From Octopus sinensis (Eukaryota), in the NCBI RefSeq assembly GCF_006345805.1, contig NC_043000.1, forward strand, positions 122,636,001 through 122,700,000: 64,000 bases of DNA, given 5' to 3'. This document shows, piece after piece, positions 1 through 10,999 of the stretch. Each line of letters starts with the position of its first letter. Within the stretch, counting starts at the first letter, position 1. The position numbers were made by a program, and so were the translations under genes. Below the pieces are notes generated by a model. The model was not told the DNA's origin and made no database searches. It was given only the letters and a program-made list of their open reading frames with translations.

Positions 1-1181
1 ATTTGTTTGTACTCTGTTTTATATTTTAGTACTGTGTAAATATTTAGCTGATAAAACAAACTTAATATTTCAACACTTGTCTTTCACTTCATAGGAAATA
101 TCCAACATCAATGTATCTGTCCGCCATACCTTCTCCACCCTCTCACCCCCTCTCTCTCTCTCTCTCTTCTATGTTCTCTAAATGTATTTTGTTTTATGTG
201 CGTACTTGTCAGAAATACTACAAAGAGGTTACGCAGCAAATAGCTTCTGACGTAAGATTTCATTGACTTGGCAGCCTCTTTTCATTGACTGCTACCGTAA
301 GTACAGTAACAATTCGCAATTTCGTGGCATCTATGGATTTATCATGGGTTTTAGTAACATTTATTATTTTCTTTATACTTAGTCTTCCTCTGCTATTTCA
401 TCAATTTATTTGCTTGTGTCATTCTTTCTTTATAAAACTACACATATCTCTTTGTATTTCCCTTATATATATATTCCACATTATTTCAATCAGCTTGTTT
501 TTATAATAACAGACACAAATAGCTGTGACAGCTTTGTAGTGGGATTTTTTTAACCATCCTACAGAGATAACTGACTTTCACAGTTCCAACAGCTTTTAAC
601 ACTAAAGCCATTATTATTTCGGTGAAAGGAAATGACAGTTATCCAAAACCCAACACACCTCTTCTAGAATCAACTACATCCACGAAAACTGAACAAACGA
701 AGTTTTAGTCTTAATCCTGTCAACTGGAGAAGGAAAAGAAACTTGTTCGATGCACAGAGAATTATTTTTACTTATTATTTTTTTTTTCTTAGAATTGTGC
801 CATACCAATCAGGCATTAAAGAAAATATCACTTTCTCCGAAATTTTTCGTGAAAGGATTGCATTTATGAAAAAGAACAGGATTGTGACAAATTATTTATA
901 TTACTAATTTAAGGCGATTGAAATATATATCGATTGTTGCAACAATACAGCTGAAATTTGTGGTATAGATTAACGTATAAACCATAGGATAGCTATCAGT
1001 CAAAGATAAGTAAATGTTGTTTATCATAAATGACAAAAGATTTATTTACCAAACAAAAGTTATTACAATATTGAAGCCGGTAAAACTGTACAGATCTTGT
1101 ACAATAAATGACTAGTAAGAAATCAACCGCAAATCCTTATTAAGAGTAAACTGCAGCTTACATATACAAAAGTAGGTTGTA

Positions 1182-1400
1182 TACTCTTTTACTCTTTTAC
1201 TTGTTTCAGTCATTTGACTGTGGCCATGCTAGATCACTGCCTTTAGTCGAGCAAATCGACTCCAGGACTTATTCTTTGTAAGTTTAGTACTTATTCTATC
1301 GGTCTCTTTTGCCGAACCGCTAAGTTACGGTGACGTAAACACACCAGAATCGGTTGTCAGGCGATGTTGGGAGACAAACACAAACACACGAACATACACA
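1182..1400 (-). mobile_element. SINE family A, 3' half (element split by the 1525-3222 array)
   Basis: Reverse complement of the family-A tail (TACTCTTTTACTCTTTTACTTGTTTCAGTCATTTGACTG...GCCGAACCGCTAAGTTACG) seen in intact copies at 15759-16178 and 23410-23816. Confidence 0.9.
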
Positions 1401-1413
1401 CACACATACATAC

Positions 1414-1465
<52 letters not shown>

Positions 1466-1478
1466 GTGTATGTATATG

Positions 1479-1520
<42 letters not shown>

Positions 1521-1524
1521 ATAT
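1401..1524. repeat. (TA)n/(TG)n compound microsatellite (internal microsatellite of SINE A)
   Basis: Direct inspection. Confidence 0.95.
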
Positions 1525-1686
1525 AAACAAATCAATTGCGATAAAATAAAAATAATTATAATCGCTGGTATTACTAACACAAGCCATATATTTTTCATAT
1601 ATCAGTACATTAAGGCGAAATATGTGCTAGGAATACAGAAGCTTGATAAATTAAGTGAAATGAAGATAAAAACATTTACTAAACCG

Positions 1687-1774
1687 GAAAATTCTCAGAC
1701 TGCAGTTTCTTTCTATTCAGCAAACAAGATAATTTATTTGCCAGGGAGAATTCTTCAGTGAGACCCTGTTTTTC
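1687..1774 (-). ncRNA. Type I hammerhead ribozyme, unit 1
   Basis: Minus strand reads TCTCA-CTGAAGA(1758-1752)-stem II-GAAA(1709-1706)-CTGCA-GTC/TGAGA. Stem I TCTCA/TGAGA, extended by GAAAA/TTTTC. Palindromic stem III ACTGCAGT (1699-1706). Predicted cleavage between 1698 and 1697. Confidence 0.8.
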
Positions 1775-2077
1775 TGGGATCCTAACTCACTAGAAGCATG
1801 TGCGTCTAGTGAATTACTCTTCCTAACTAATCATATCACTGCGCAGACTCCGAACGTCCCGACAACACTAGGGAATTCTGGTATATCGCCTGGCGCTATA
1901 ATTTATCGAGAAATATGTAAACAAATCAAATTGCGATAAAATAAAAATAATTATAATCGCTGGTATTACTAACACAAGCCATATATTTTTCATATATCAG
2001 TACATTAAGCGAAATATGTGCTAGGAATACAGAAGCTTGATAAATTAAGAAATGAAGATAAAAACATTACTAAACCG

Positions 2078-2166
2078 GAAAATTCTCAGACTGCAGTTTC
2101 TTTCTATTCAGCAAACAAGATAATTTATTTGCCCAGGGAGAATTCTTCAGTGAGACCCTGTTTTTC
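2078..2166 (-). ncRNA. Type I hammerhead ribozyme, unit 2
   Basis: Same motif; core at 2150-2144, GTC triplet at 2091-2089. Confidence 0.8.
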
Positions 2167-2548
2167 TGGGATCCTAACTCACTAGAAGCATGTGCGTCTA
2201 GTGAATTACTCTTCCTAACTAATCATATCACTGCGCAGACTCCGAACGTCCCGACAACACTAGGGAATTCTGGTATATCGCCTGGCGCTCATAATTTATC
2301 GAGAAATATGTAAACAAATCAAATTGCGATAAAATAAAAATAATTATAATCGCTGATATATATATTATATATATATAATATATATAAACAAATCAAATTG
2401 CGATAAAATAAAAATAATTATAATCGCTGGTATTACTAACACAAGCCATATATTTTTCATATATCAGTACATTAAGGCGAAATATGTGCTAGGAATACAG
2501 AAGCTTGATAAATTAAGTGAAATGAAGATAAAAACATTTACTAAACCG

Positions 2549-2637
2549 GAAAATTCTCAGACTGCAGTTTCTTTCTATTCAGCAAACAAGATAATTTATT
2601 TGCCCAGGGAGAATTCTTCAGTGAGACCCTGTTTTTC
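2549..2637 (-). ncRNA. Type I hammerhead ribozyme, unit 3
   Basis: Same motif; core at 2621-2615, GTC triplet at 2562-2560. Confidence 0.8.
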
Positions 2638-2944
2638 TGGGATCCTAACTCACTAGAAGCATGTGCGTCTAGTGAATTACTCTTCCTAACTAATCATATC
2701 ACTGCGCAGACTCCGAACGTCCCGACAACACTAGGGAATTCTGGTATATCGCCTGGCGCTCATAATTTATCGAGAAATATGTAAACAAATCAAATTGCGA
2801 TAAAATAAAAATAATTATAATCGCTGGTATTACTAACACAAGCCATATATTTTTCATATATCAGTACATTAAGGCGAAATATGTGCTAGGAATACAGAAG
2901 CTTGATAAATTAAGTGAATGAAGATAAAAACATTTACTAAACCG

Positions 2945-3033
2945 GAAAATTCTCAGACTGCAGTTTCTTTCTATTCAGCAAACAAGATAATTTATTTGCC
3001 CAGGGAGAATTCTTCAGTGAGACCCTGTTTTTC
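2945..3033 (-). ncRNA. Type I hammerhead ribozyme, unit 4
   Basis: Same motif; core at 3017-3011, GTC triplet at 2958-2956. Confidence 0.8.
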
Positions 3034-3242
3034 TGGGATCCTAACTCACTAGAAGCATGTGCGTCTAGTGAATTACTCTTCCTAACTAATCATATCACTG
3101 CGCAGACTCCGAACGTCCCGACAACACTAGGGAATTCTGGTATATCGCCTGGCGCTCATAATTTATCGAGAAATATGTAAACAAATCAAATTGCGATAAA
3201 ATAAAAATAATTATAATCGCTGATATATATATATATATATAT

Positions 3243-3404
3243 ACGACGGGCTTCTTTGACTTTCCGTCTACCAAATCCACTCACAAGGCTTTGGCCCTTC
3301 CGAGGCTATAGTAGAAGACACTTGCCCAAGTTGCCATGCAGTAGGACTGAACTCGGAACCATGTGGTTGGTAAGTATGCTACTTACCACACAGCCACTCC
3401 TACG
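3243..3404 (-). mobile_element. SINE family A, 5' half with tRNA-like head
   Basis: Reverse complement of head CGTAGGAGTGGCTGTGTGGTAAG...GAGTTCAGTCC (A and B box-like); continues the copy begun at 1182. Confidence 0.9.
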
Positions 3405-3696
3405 TATGTATACGGATAATAACAATGCCTGGGTTTGACACAAAATTGTAGAGAAGTGATTTGGTAATATAATTGCTTTCATATAAATACACACACACAC
3501 ACACATGCGCACACCCCCACACACTCACGCACACACATACATCATCTCTTCCTCACATTGTTTCTCTCGTTCTCTCTCCACTTCTCTCTCTCCTTCTCTC
3601 TCTCCCTCTCTCTCTCTCCCAGCACCATAAAATATTTCAATTTTGATCAACTGCTGACGATCAGCAAGTATTCAGGGGTATGTGGGCCAGTTAATA

Positions 3697-4114
3697 CCTA
3701 TTTCTTTACTACCCACAAGGGGCTAAACGCAGAGGGGACAAACAAGGACAGACAGACGGATTAAGTCGATTACATAGACCCCAGTGAATAACTGGCACTT
3801 AATTTATCGACCCCGAAAGGATGAAAGGCAAAGTCGACCTCGGCGGAATTTGAACCCAGAACGTAACGACAGACGAAATACCTATTTCTTAACTGCCCAC
3901 AAGGGGCTAAACATAGAGGGAACAATCAAGAACAGACAAACGGATTAAGTCTATTATATTGACCCCAGTGCGTAACTGGTACTTATTTAATCGACCCCGA
4001 AAGGATGCAAGGCAAAGTCGAACTCGGCGGAATTTGAACTCAGAACGTAGCGGCAGCCGAAATACCGCTAAGCGTTTCGCCCGACGTGCTAACGATTCTG
4101 CCAGCTCGCCAGCC
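3697..4114 (-). mobile_element. SINE family B, head-to-tail dimer
   Basis: Head GGCGAGCTGGCAGAATCGTTAGC at ~4110, central GTCGACTTTGCCTTTCATCCTTTCGGGGTCGA domain present twice, junction AAGAAATAG|GTATTTCGTCTG. Confidence 0.9.
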
Positions 4115-4335
4115 TCTAAGACGTTGCTCACCTTACAGAAAATAACAAACAAATCTCACTCAAACCTCATCCTCCAAAAAAGATCAGTTAATTATTTACA
4201 GCTTAAATGCCTTCTACAATCATTACCCTCAACCATATTTGTCCTGGGCTAGGGAACACCAACAGTTGCTCCCATACACGGAAACATGTTACTGCATGGT
4301 ACATACACTGCCGACTATAATTTTTAACAAAAAAT

Positions 4336-4564
4336 GGCGGCGAGCTGGCAGAAACGTTAGCGCGTCGGGCGAAATGCTTAGCGGTATTTCGTCTGCCGCT
4401 ACGTTCCGAGTTCAAATTCCGCCGAGGTCGACTTTGCCTTTCATTCTTTGGGGTCGATGAATAAAGTGCCAGTTTCACACTGGGGTCGATATAATCGAGT
4501 TAATCCGTTTGTCTGTCCTGTTTGTCCCCTCTGTGTTTAGCCCCTTGTGGGTAATAAAGAAATA
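4336..4564 (+). mobile_element. SINE family B, full-length monomer
   Basis: GGCGGCGAGCTGGCAGAAACGTTAGC ... GAGTTCAAATTCC (B box-like) ... GCCCCTTGTGGGTAATAAAGAAATA. Confidence 0.92.
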
Positions 4565-4844
4565 TATACTTTTTAACAAATTCCATCTGGCAAAGATTTC
4601 TACAGATTCACGTAGCAGTATGATACAATCGCTGGCCAACCAAAACGAGTTGTCAATCTTTCACCCTCTTACTTCGTCTCTATCCAGTGGTGTCATACAA
4701 TCAATACGTGATATATTAGACCAGGAGTTCCCAGCCAATTTTTGTCAATGGTCACCGTTGATTTTTATTTTAGTTTATTGGTCCCCTATAATCATTATAT
4801 GTTTAAGAAAATCCTATTAAATTTTTATGACTAAAAATTGTCAA

Positions 4845-5091
4845 GCAGTCATTTGATTGCGGCCATACTGGGGTACCAGCTTGAAAGGTTTTAGTCGAAG
4901 AAATGAAAACCAGGATTTATTTTTTTTTAACCTGGTATATCGGTCTCTATTTTTTTTTAACCTGGTCTATCGGTCTCTTTCGCCGAACCGCTAAGTTACG
5001 AGGGCGTAAAACACTCCAACACCAGTTGTCAAGCAGTGATGGAGGATAAACACAGACACAAACAAACATACAAACACACACACACGCACAT

Positions 5092-5100
<9 letters not shown>
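4845..5100 (-). mobile_element. SINE family A, 3' half (split by Helitron)
   Basis: Diverged family-A tail with a local ~30-bp duplication (TTTTTTTTAACCTGG...CGGTCTCT). Confidence 0.8.
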
Positions 5101-5132
<32 letters not shown>

Positions 5133-5645
5133 CTAGCAGTATCGCCCGGCGTTGCTCAGGTTTGTAAGAGAAATAACTATATAAGCATTTTTAGAGAGTT
5201 ACTTCCCTTATAGATGCCAATTTGGGCTTTCTTAGCCATTTCTGTTTTGTTGTCTTCAAGCCATGAAGTCGTTGTTCTAAAAGAACGCTGGTCTCCTTGA
5301 CAACGCTTTACGACGTTGATTTCCTTACACTCCCTTCCCCACAGCTTCACGAGGGAGGGAAGAAGGGGGAGAAGCAAACAGGTGCCGGTGTGACCATGGA
5401 CGCCAACTCCGCCGCCATCGACACACGAAAAATTATGCATTAAAATGGAATAAAAAATGATGTTAAATTATTTTTAAAATCGTAGACTCATCGTAGACGC
5501 GCGCTAATACTCAGACGGGCTCGATATGAATCATGACTATAAGATACCCGAATTAGGTTAAACTGCACCGCAAAATGTGGGAGTAGTTAGGAATCTGAAT
5601 CGAAGGGGACAGACACTCACACAACTACAGTTTTATATATATAGA
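5133..5645 (-). mobile_element. Non-autonomous Helitron (513 bp)
   Basis: Minus strand begins A|TCTATATATA and ends CCTGAGCAACGCCGGGCGATACTG-CTAG|T: 5'-TC, 3'-CTAG, GC-rich subterminal element, AT target, no TSD. Confidence 0.85.
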
Positions 5646-5653
5646 TATATATA

Positions 5654-5790
5654 TACGACGGGTTTCTTACAGTTTTCGTCTACCAAATTCACTCACGAGG
5701 CTTCGGTCAGCCCAACGTTATAGTAGAAAACACTTACCCGAGGTGCGATGCAATGGAACTGAACCCGGAAACATGAAGTTCGGAAACAAG
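5654..5790 (-). mobile_element. SINE family A, 5' part
   Basis: CGACGGGTTTCTTACAGTTTTCGTCTACCAAATTCACTCACGAGG... continues the copy at 4845. Confidence 0.8.
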
Positions 5791-6861
5791 CTTCTTTATT
5801 TCCTTAGATTTCATGGTTGCTTGCGAATCTGATTGGTCAAATGCTCAACCCGGAAACAAGCTTCTTACCATACACCCACGCATGATTAAAAAAAAATTAT
5901 GAAAATATTTCGTGTATTCTAGAACTATAAGTAGTCTTTTGCACATAAATTTTAACAACAAAAACCTCTTGTGGACCCCATTTGAGAAGCAGTGTGTTAG
6001 TTAAACACATCTATCCCAAGACATGTTCTTACGCTTCAGACAGAAAAGGACACACCGATTGATCATATCAGTCTCATTGAGACAGCCAAATCAATGAAGA
6101 CTACGTCGCCTCCTCTTGCCCGGACTAAATAATTGTAAAAATGTCCGTACTAACCGATAATGTGATTGATATAGAGAAATAGAGATATGAAGATTCAATT
6201 GTCTTTCAAATATTCTTTTCGTTTACTTTCCTTACAGACATTTTCACCCAATACCATTTACATAATTTTACCAATGTAGAAAATTTATCAATATGTAAAC
6301 ATCGTGTTTTTGTTTAGTTTTTTGTTGTGGCTTCTCTTTAGCAATTTTTTTCTCTATTCAGTCTGTCTTTTTCCTCGTCTTTCTTTCTTTTACTCACGCA
6401 TACACAAGTATACAATTATACAGCCTGATGGGCAAATAAATCTAATCATCTCCTAAAAAAAGAAAAAAAAATGATAAATAATATAAATAAAACATACTAA
6501 TGAATAATACAATACGTGAAATAAATCACGATCTACATAGAAACTGCTTCAGCAACCAACGGCAGAAGAGATTAGAAACTTTAACTAAAGCAACGTAACC
6601 AATCAACGACTGCGTCGACCTATCCGCAACGGAGTGAACATCGATATAGTATAATAAACATATACACATATACCTATAGAGAGAAAGGCAAGAAAAATAA
6701 ATCAGAGAATACATAACACACTCACTCACATCTATATGAGAGAGAGAAAAAACAGAAATAATTCAAATTGATTCTTCATTGATTTAATGTATCTAACATA
6801 ATACTGACGTTGCTACATCGAAGAAACTTTCCTGTCACTACGTTGATTGTAATCATAATTG

Positions 6862-6874
6862 TTGCTACTACAAT

Positions 6875-6919
<45 letters not shown>

Positions 6920-6960
6920 GACTACTATAATTATTATTGTTATAATGGTTGTTATTATTA
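6862..6960. repeat. (CTA)n/(TTA)n microsatellite
   Basis: Direct inspection. Confidence 0.95.
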
Positions 6961-6965
6961 TCAAA

Positions 6966-7757
6966 GCAGCGAGCTGGCAGAAACGTTAGAAGGTCGGGCG
7001 AAATGCGTAGCCGTATTTCGTCTGCCGTTACGTTCTGAGTTCAAATTCCGCCGAGGTCGACTTTGCCTTTCATCGTTTCGGGGTCGATAAATTAAGTATC
7101 AGTTACTCACTGGGGTCAATGTAATCGACTTAATCCGTTTGTCTGTCCTTGTTTGTCCTCTCTGTGTTTAGCCCCTTGTGCGTAGTAAAGAAATAGGTAT
7201 TTCGTCTGCCGCTACGTTCTGAGTTCAAATTCCACCGAGGTCGACTTTGCCTTTCATCCTTTCGGGGTCGATTAAATAAGTACACATTACGCTCTGGTGT
7301 CGATATAATCGACTTAATCTGTTTATCTGTCGTAGTTTGTCCCCTCTGTGTAGCCCCTTGTGGGCAATAAAGAAATAAGAAACGTTAGCACGCCGGGCTA
7401 AATGCTTAGCGGTATTTCGTCTGTCTTTATGTTCTGAGTTCAAATTCTGCCTAGGTCGACTTTGCCTTTCCTCCTCTCGGGGTTGATAAATTAAATACCA
7501 GTTGTGTACTGGGGTCGATCTAATCGACTGGGCCCCTCCCCCAAATTTCTGGTTTTCTGCCTAGAGTAGAAAAAATCGTTAGCACGCCGGGCAAAACGCT
7601 AAGCGGTGTTGCGTCCATTTTTAGGTTCTAAGTTCAAATTCTGCCGAGGAGTCGACTTTGACTTTTATCCTTTCGGGGTCGCTAAATAAGATGAAATCGA
7701 CTGGCCCTCACCCATCACAGAAATTGCTGGCTTTGTGCCACTATTTGAAACCACTAT
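6966..7757 (+). mobile_element. SINE family B, four-unit head-to-tail array with two tail types
   Basis: Units ~6966-7196, 7197-7378, 7379-7571, 7572-7757; each has the GTCGACTTTG(C/A)CTTT.ATCCT domain. Confidence 0.88.
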
Positions 7758-7879
7758 TATATTTTACTTCCAAGAGCTGTTGATCTTCCCCCGGTTAATT
7801 CTGGGAGGGCGGACAACAACCTGTTGTTGTCAAAGGTCTCACAGGGTCTCTTATCACGAATTATAAGATTTTGTACTTT

Positions 7880-8262
7880 GATATTTAGTAGTGTGGAGGA
7901 AACATAACACCCGAGTAACAATCGCAAACTCCTCACTGCCCTCAATACAACACATTTTCGAGCATGTTCTACCATTATTTCAATTCCAATTTCTCCGGCA
8001 TATTTCTCAAGCATTGTTGATAAGGCCCCGAATACCCCTACAACCGTTGCGATGGCATTCTCTTCTTTGCCCTCATTGTTGCAACTTCGTCTTTTGGTAT
8101 CTTGTATTTTTTTTACCTTTTCCAGCTTTTTTTCCCCTAGATATGGCTATTCCAGAATCTTTGTTTTTTTAACCCTTCATCAACTACAACAAGGTCCGGT
8201 CTCCGAACATCAATTAGTGAGTCACATTTGACCGTAAAATCCGATAAGATCTGTTATTCATT
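7880..8262 (-). pseudogene. Decayed C-terminal restriction-like endonuclease domain of an R4/Dong-like non-LTR retrotransposon
   Basis: Minus-strand translation ILSDFTVKCDSLIDVRRPDLVVVD ... LEKYAGEIGIEIMVEHARKCVVLRAVRSLRLLLG resembles the ILWDF..Q.D....RRPDIVV.D ... L.K..LLGTARILR pattern; stops and frameshifts present. Confidence 0.7.
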
Positions 8263-8522
8263 ATTCTCAGTGACGCCTTCTGGTTTATGTTCGCACAGTC
8301 TCCGTGTTCTCCCAAGGCAGTATCATCATCATCATTATCATTATTATTACTACTGAGCTGGCATTATTCGAGGCAGGGGGACAGGAGTGTGTGAAGGTAT
8401 GTGCTACTTTGCAGAGTAACATGGTCGCCAACAAACATCCGTCACCAAGTTTCATCCTCTCCACCGGATTATCCCTATTTCCCTAATATATTGAACGTAT
8501 TGTCCTCAGATAAACAATTACA

Positions 8523-8523
<1 letters not shown>

Positions 8524-8573
<50 letters not shown>

Positions 8574-8658
8574 GCTATTATTATTATTATTATTATTATT
8601 ATTGCTATTGTTATTGTTGTTATTATTATTATTATTATTATTGGTATTGCTATTGTTA

Positions 8659-8723
<65 letters not shown>
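8524..8723. repeat. (TTA)n microsatellite
   Basis: Direct inspection; source of the poly-Leu/poly-Asn ORF calls. Confidence 0.97.
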
Positions 8724-8726
<3 letters not shown>

Positions 8727-9232
8727 TGGGAGAGCAGTGCATTCCCTCAAAGTGACACTGGGTTAAAATATATGAAGCCCAGAATACCCATCATGACTAC
8801 CCGTCTGATAAGGGTACACCAGGCACATGCGTCACAACAATATGCGCGCGACATGGTAATCTCATATCAAGATAAACAACGCATAACCTTGCAGGTGGGG
8901 TTCAGGTAGAATTTTCTTCAGGTTTAGCTCATCCCGCTCAAAAGGTCCGAGAATAAGGGCTGTTTAAGGATGATGAACAAAACACCCATGTTTCCACACG
9001 TGAATTCCTCTTAACACCTGCTTATGATGCACATGCTACTTCTGCTCGTGATCAGAGATGCACATATCGTCAGCCACCAAGGGACATGCTCAACTGGTTA
9101 ATGTCAAACAACTGGCAAGTAAATCTGTGGTATTGAGCAAGATATTTGGTGTAGCCCATCTTTTATACCAAGATAAAACAATGTGCATGATAACACTTCC
9201 AATCAGTTAAGATCAGAAGCCATGAGAGCCAC
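8724..9232 (-). mobile_element. Unclassified ~510-bp interspersed element between (TTA)n tracts
   Basis: Complex, GC-richer block with sharp edges against (TTA)n on both sides; the minus strand ends in (AAT)n like a retroposon tail. Class and strand are inferred. Confidence 0.45.
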
Positions 9233-9235
9233 TAA

Positions 9236-9257
9236 TATTATTGTTATAATAATAATA

Positions 9258-9312
<55 letters not shown>
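9236..9312. repeat. (TTA)n microsatellite
   Basis: Direct inspection. Confidence 0.95.
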
Positions 9313-9313
<1 letters not shown>

Positions 9314-9753
9314 CCACTCCTTTAAATTTTGTTTCCATTTCTTGCTTAGTGTCTTCCCGACACCTAGGGCAAAGAAACACACTATATACATTGGTAGGTC
9401 ATTCAAATAAAGGAACTAAATTGTTCATTTGGAAAGTCATGTGATAGACAAAAGGAGAAGAACGATAGAGAGAAAAAGGAAAGAATAAAAAAGGAAAAAA
9501 TGAAAAACGAAAACAAAGAAAATAAAAGGGAAAAAATAGAAAGAAAATTCACAGTGACATTGCTCTCCTCAATAAGGGGGATGAACCAGTTAAGACAATC
9601 TTTTGCACTTCCTGCATGGATGGCAGGCGAGGGACCATCGTCGAATAGTTTTCAGTTCCTATTGCTATTATTATTATTATTCCTTCGTAACACAGTGAAG
9701 GTAAAAATGCTCCGGAATCTTTAGTCATCCGTCAAGTCACAGGAAGGACCTTA

Positions 9754-9785
9754 ATTATTATTATTATTATTATTATTATTTATTA

Positions 9786-9822
<37 letters not shown>

Positions 9823-9853
9823 GTTATTATTATTATTGTTATTATTATTATTA

Positions 9854-9887
<34 letters not shown>

Positions 9888-9928
9888 TATTATTATTATC
9901 AATACTATTATTATTATTATTATTATTA

Positions 9929-9969
<41 letters not shown>

Positions 9970-9995
9970 GTATTAGTATTATTATTTTATTTTTA
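9754..9995. repeat. (TTA)n microsatellite, interrupted
   Basis: Direct inspection. Confidence 0.95.
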
Positions 9996-10953
9996 TTATT
10001 ATCGTTGTTCTTAAACCATGAGGTTAACAGCGGTTTAGCTGAATTACAATCCGGTTTTAATTTCCGCCGCCAATAATTACCTTCGCTAATATCCCTGTTG
10101 CCCTTAAGAAAATTTCATTCACTTAATGTAAATTAATGACTGAATCAGAAATAACCCTTACTGTCCTTTCATACGCCCTCGTCATTATCATGGCTGTCTT
10201 TTCCTTCCGTCCATGCAGGGCTTATAAAACATGTTTAAAGCCTACGTATCACCTTTGATGTAATCAACTTAAACTCCTTCTATAATATTTCCGCCTCGTA
10301 ATACACAATCAATTAGAATATGTATTATAAACATCGTTACATCCTCGACATCATGATATGGGACTCTCGCGACCATCAATTTAGTAAAACTTAATATCAT
10401 TAAATAGTGTCGAAATTATGTTGTTTAGTGACCGGAAGTGAAATTTGCAGTCAAATTAGGAACGATAAACTTTGTGAAGTAAAAAGCGAAAAGGAAAGTA
10501 AGAGAGCGTGGGATTGAGTGAATGGAATAGAAATCTAGCTGGAGATAAAATGGATTATTTGATAAGGGAAGAGAACAGAAGAGAAATATAAAAAAGTAGG
10601 TGTTACCAAGTGGTGAATGGATGGACAAAGACACAGAATCGGAAAATACTACTTACATACACTGTCATATGACTGACTGTAACATGTGTCAACGAGGAAG
10701 CGAACAGAGAAGAGAAACAAAATATGTTTGGATTTTTTGTTATGTTACGTTTATATTATAAAGAAGGTTGAGAAAAATTATTAAGACGGCAAATGATGAT
10801 AGGTCGTTGCTGACACGGCGAATTGCTCTGAATTCATAAGGATTTATATTTACAGATATATAGAGAGAGATATGAATGTACGTAAAGACGTACATTTATA
10901 AATACATAAACATGTGTATGTATGTGTGTGTGAACATACATGTACACGTGTGT

Positions 10954-10999
<46 letters not shown>

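Larger units (their letters stand above)
1525..3222 (-). repeat. Tandem array of a ~394-bp unit carrying hammerhead ribozymes; candidate non-LTR retrozyme
   Basis: Units 1525-1918, 1919-2311, 2386-2782, 2783-3178. 44-bp partial units at 2312-2355 and 3179-3222. TA stretch at 2356-2385. Units differ almost only by single-base indels. The tandem repeat is certain; the retrozyme identity is inferred. Confidence 0.85.

Noticed and set aside
1721-1759. Exon-like segment in the 394-bp unit (TTTCTTTCTATTCAG|...|GTGAG)
   Set aside because: Length is not a multiple of 3, and the signals coincide with the antisense of the hammerhead core and stems, which explains them better.
6540-6600. NCFSNQRQKRL, resembling homeodomain helix 3
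   Set aside because: The invariant Trp is Cys, there is no polypyrimidine tract, and no upstream helices were found.
6966-7757. CRISPR-like or satellite interpretation of the repeated units
   Set aside because: Units are SINE monomers in eukaryotic DNA; there are no constant repeats with unique spacers and no cas genes.
10428-10439. ETS-like CCGGAAGTG motif
   Set aside because: Single short motif with no other promoter evidence.
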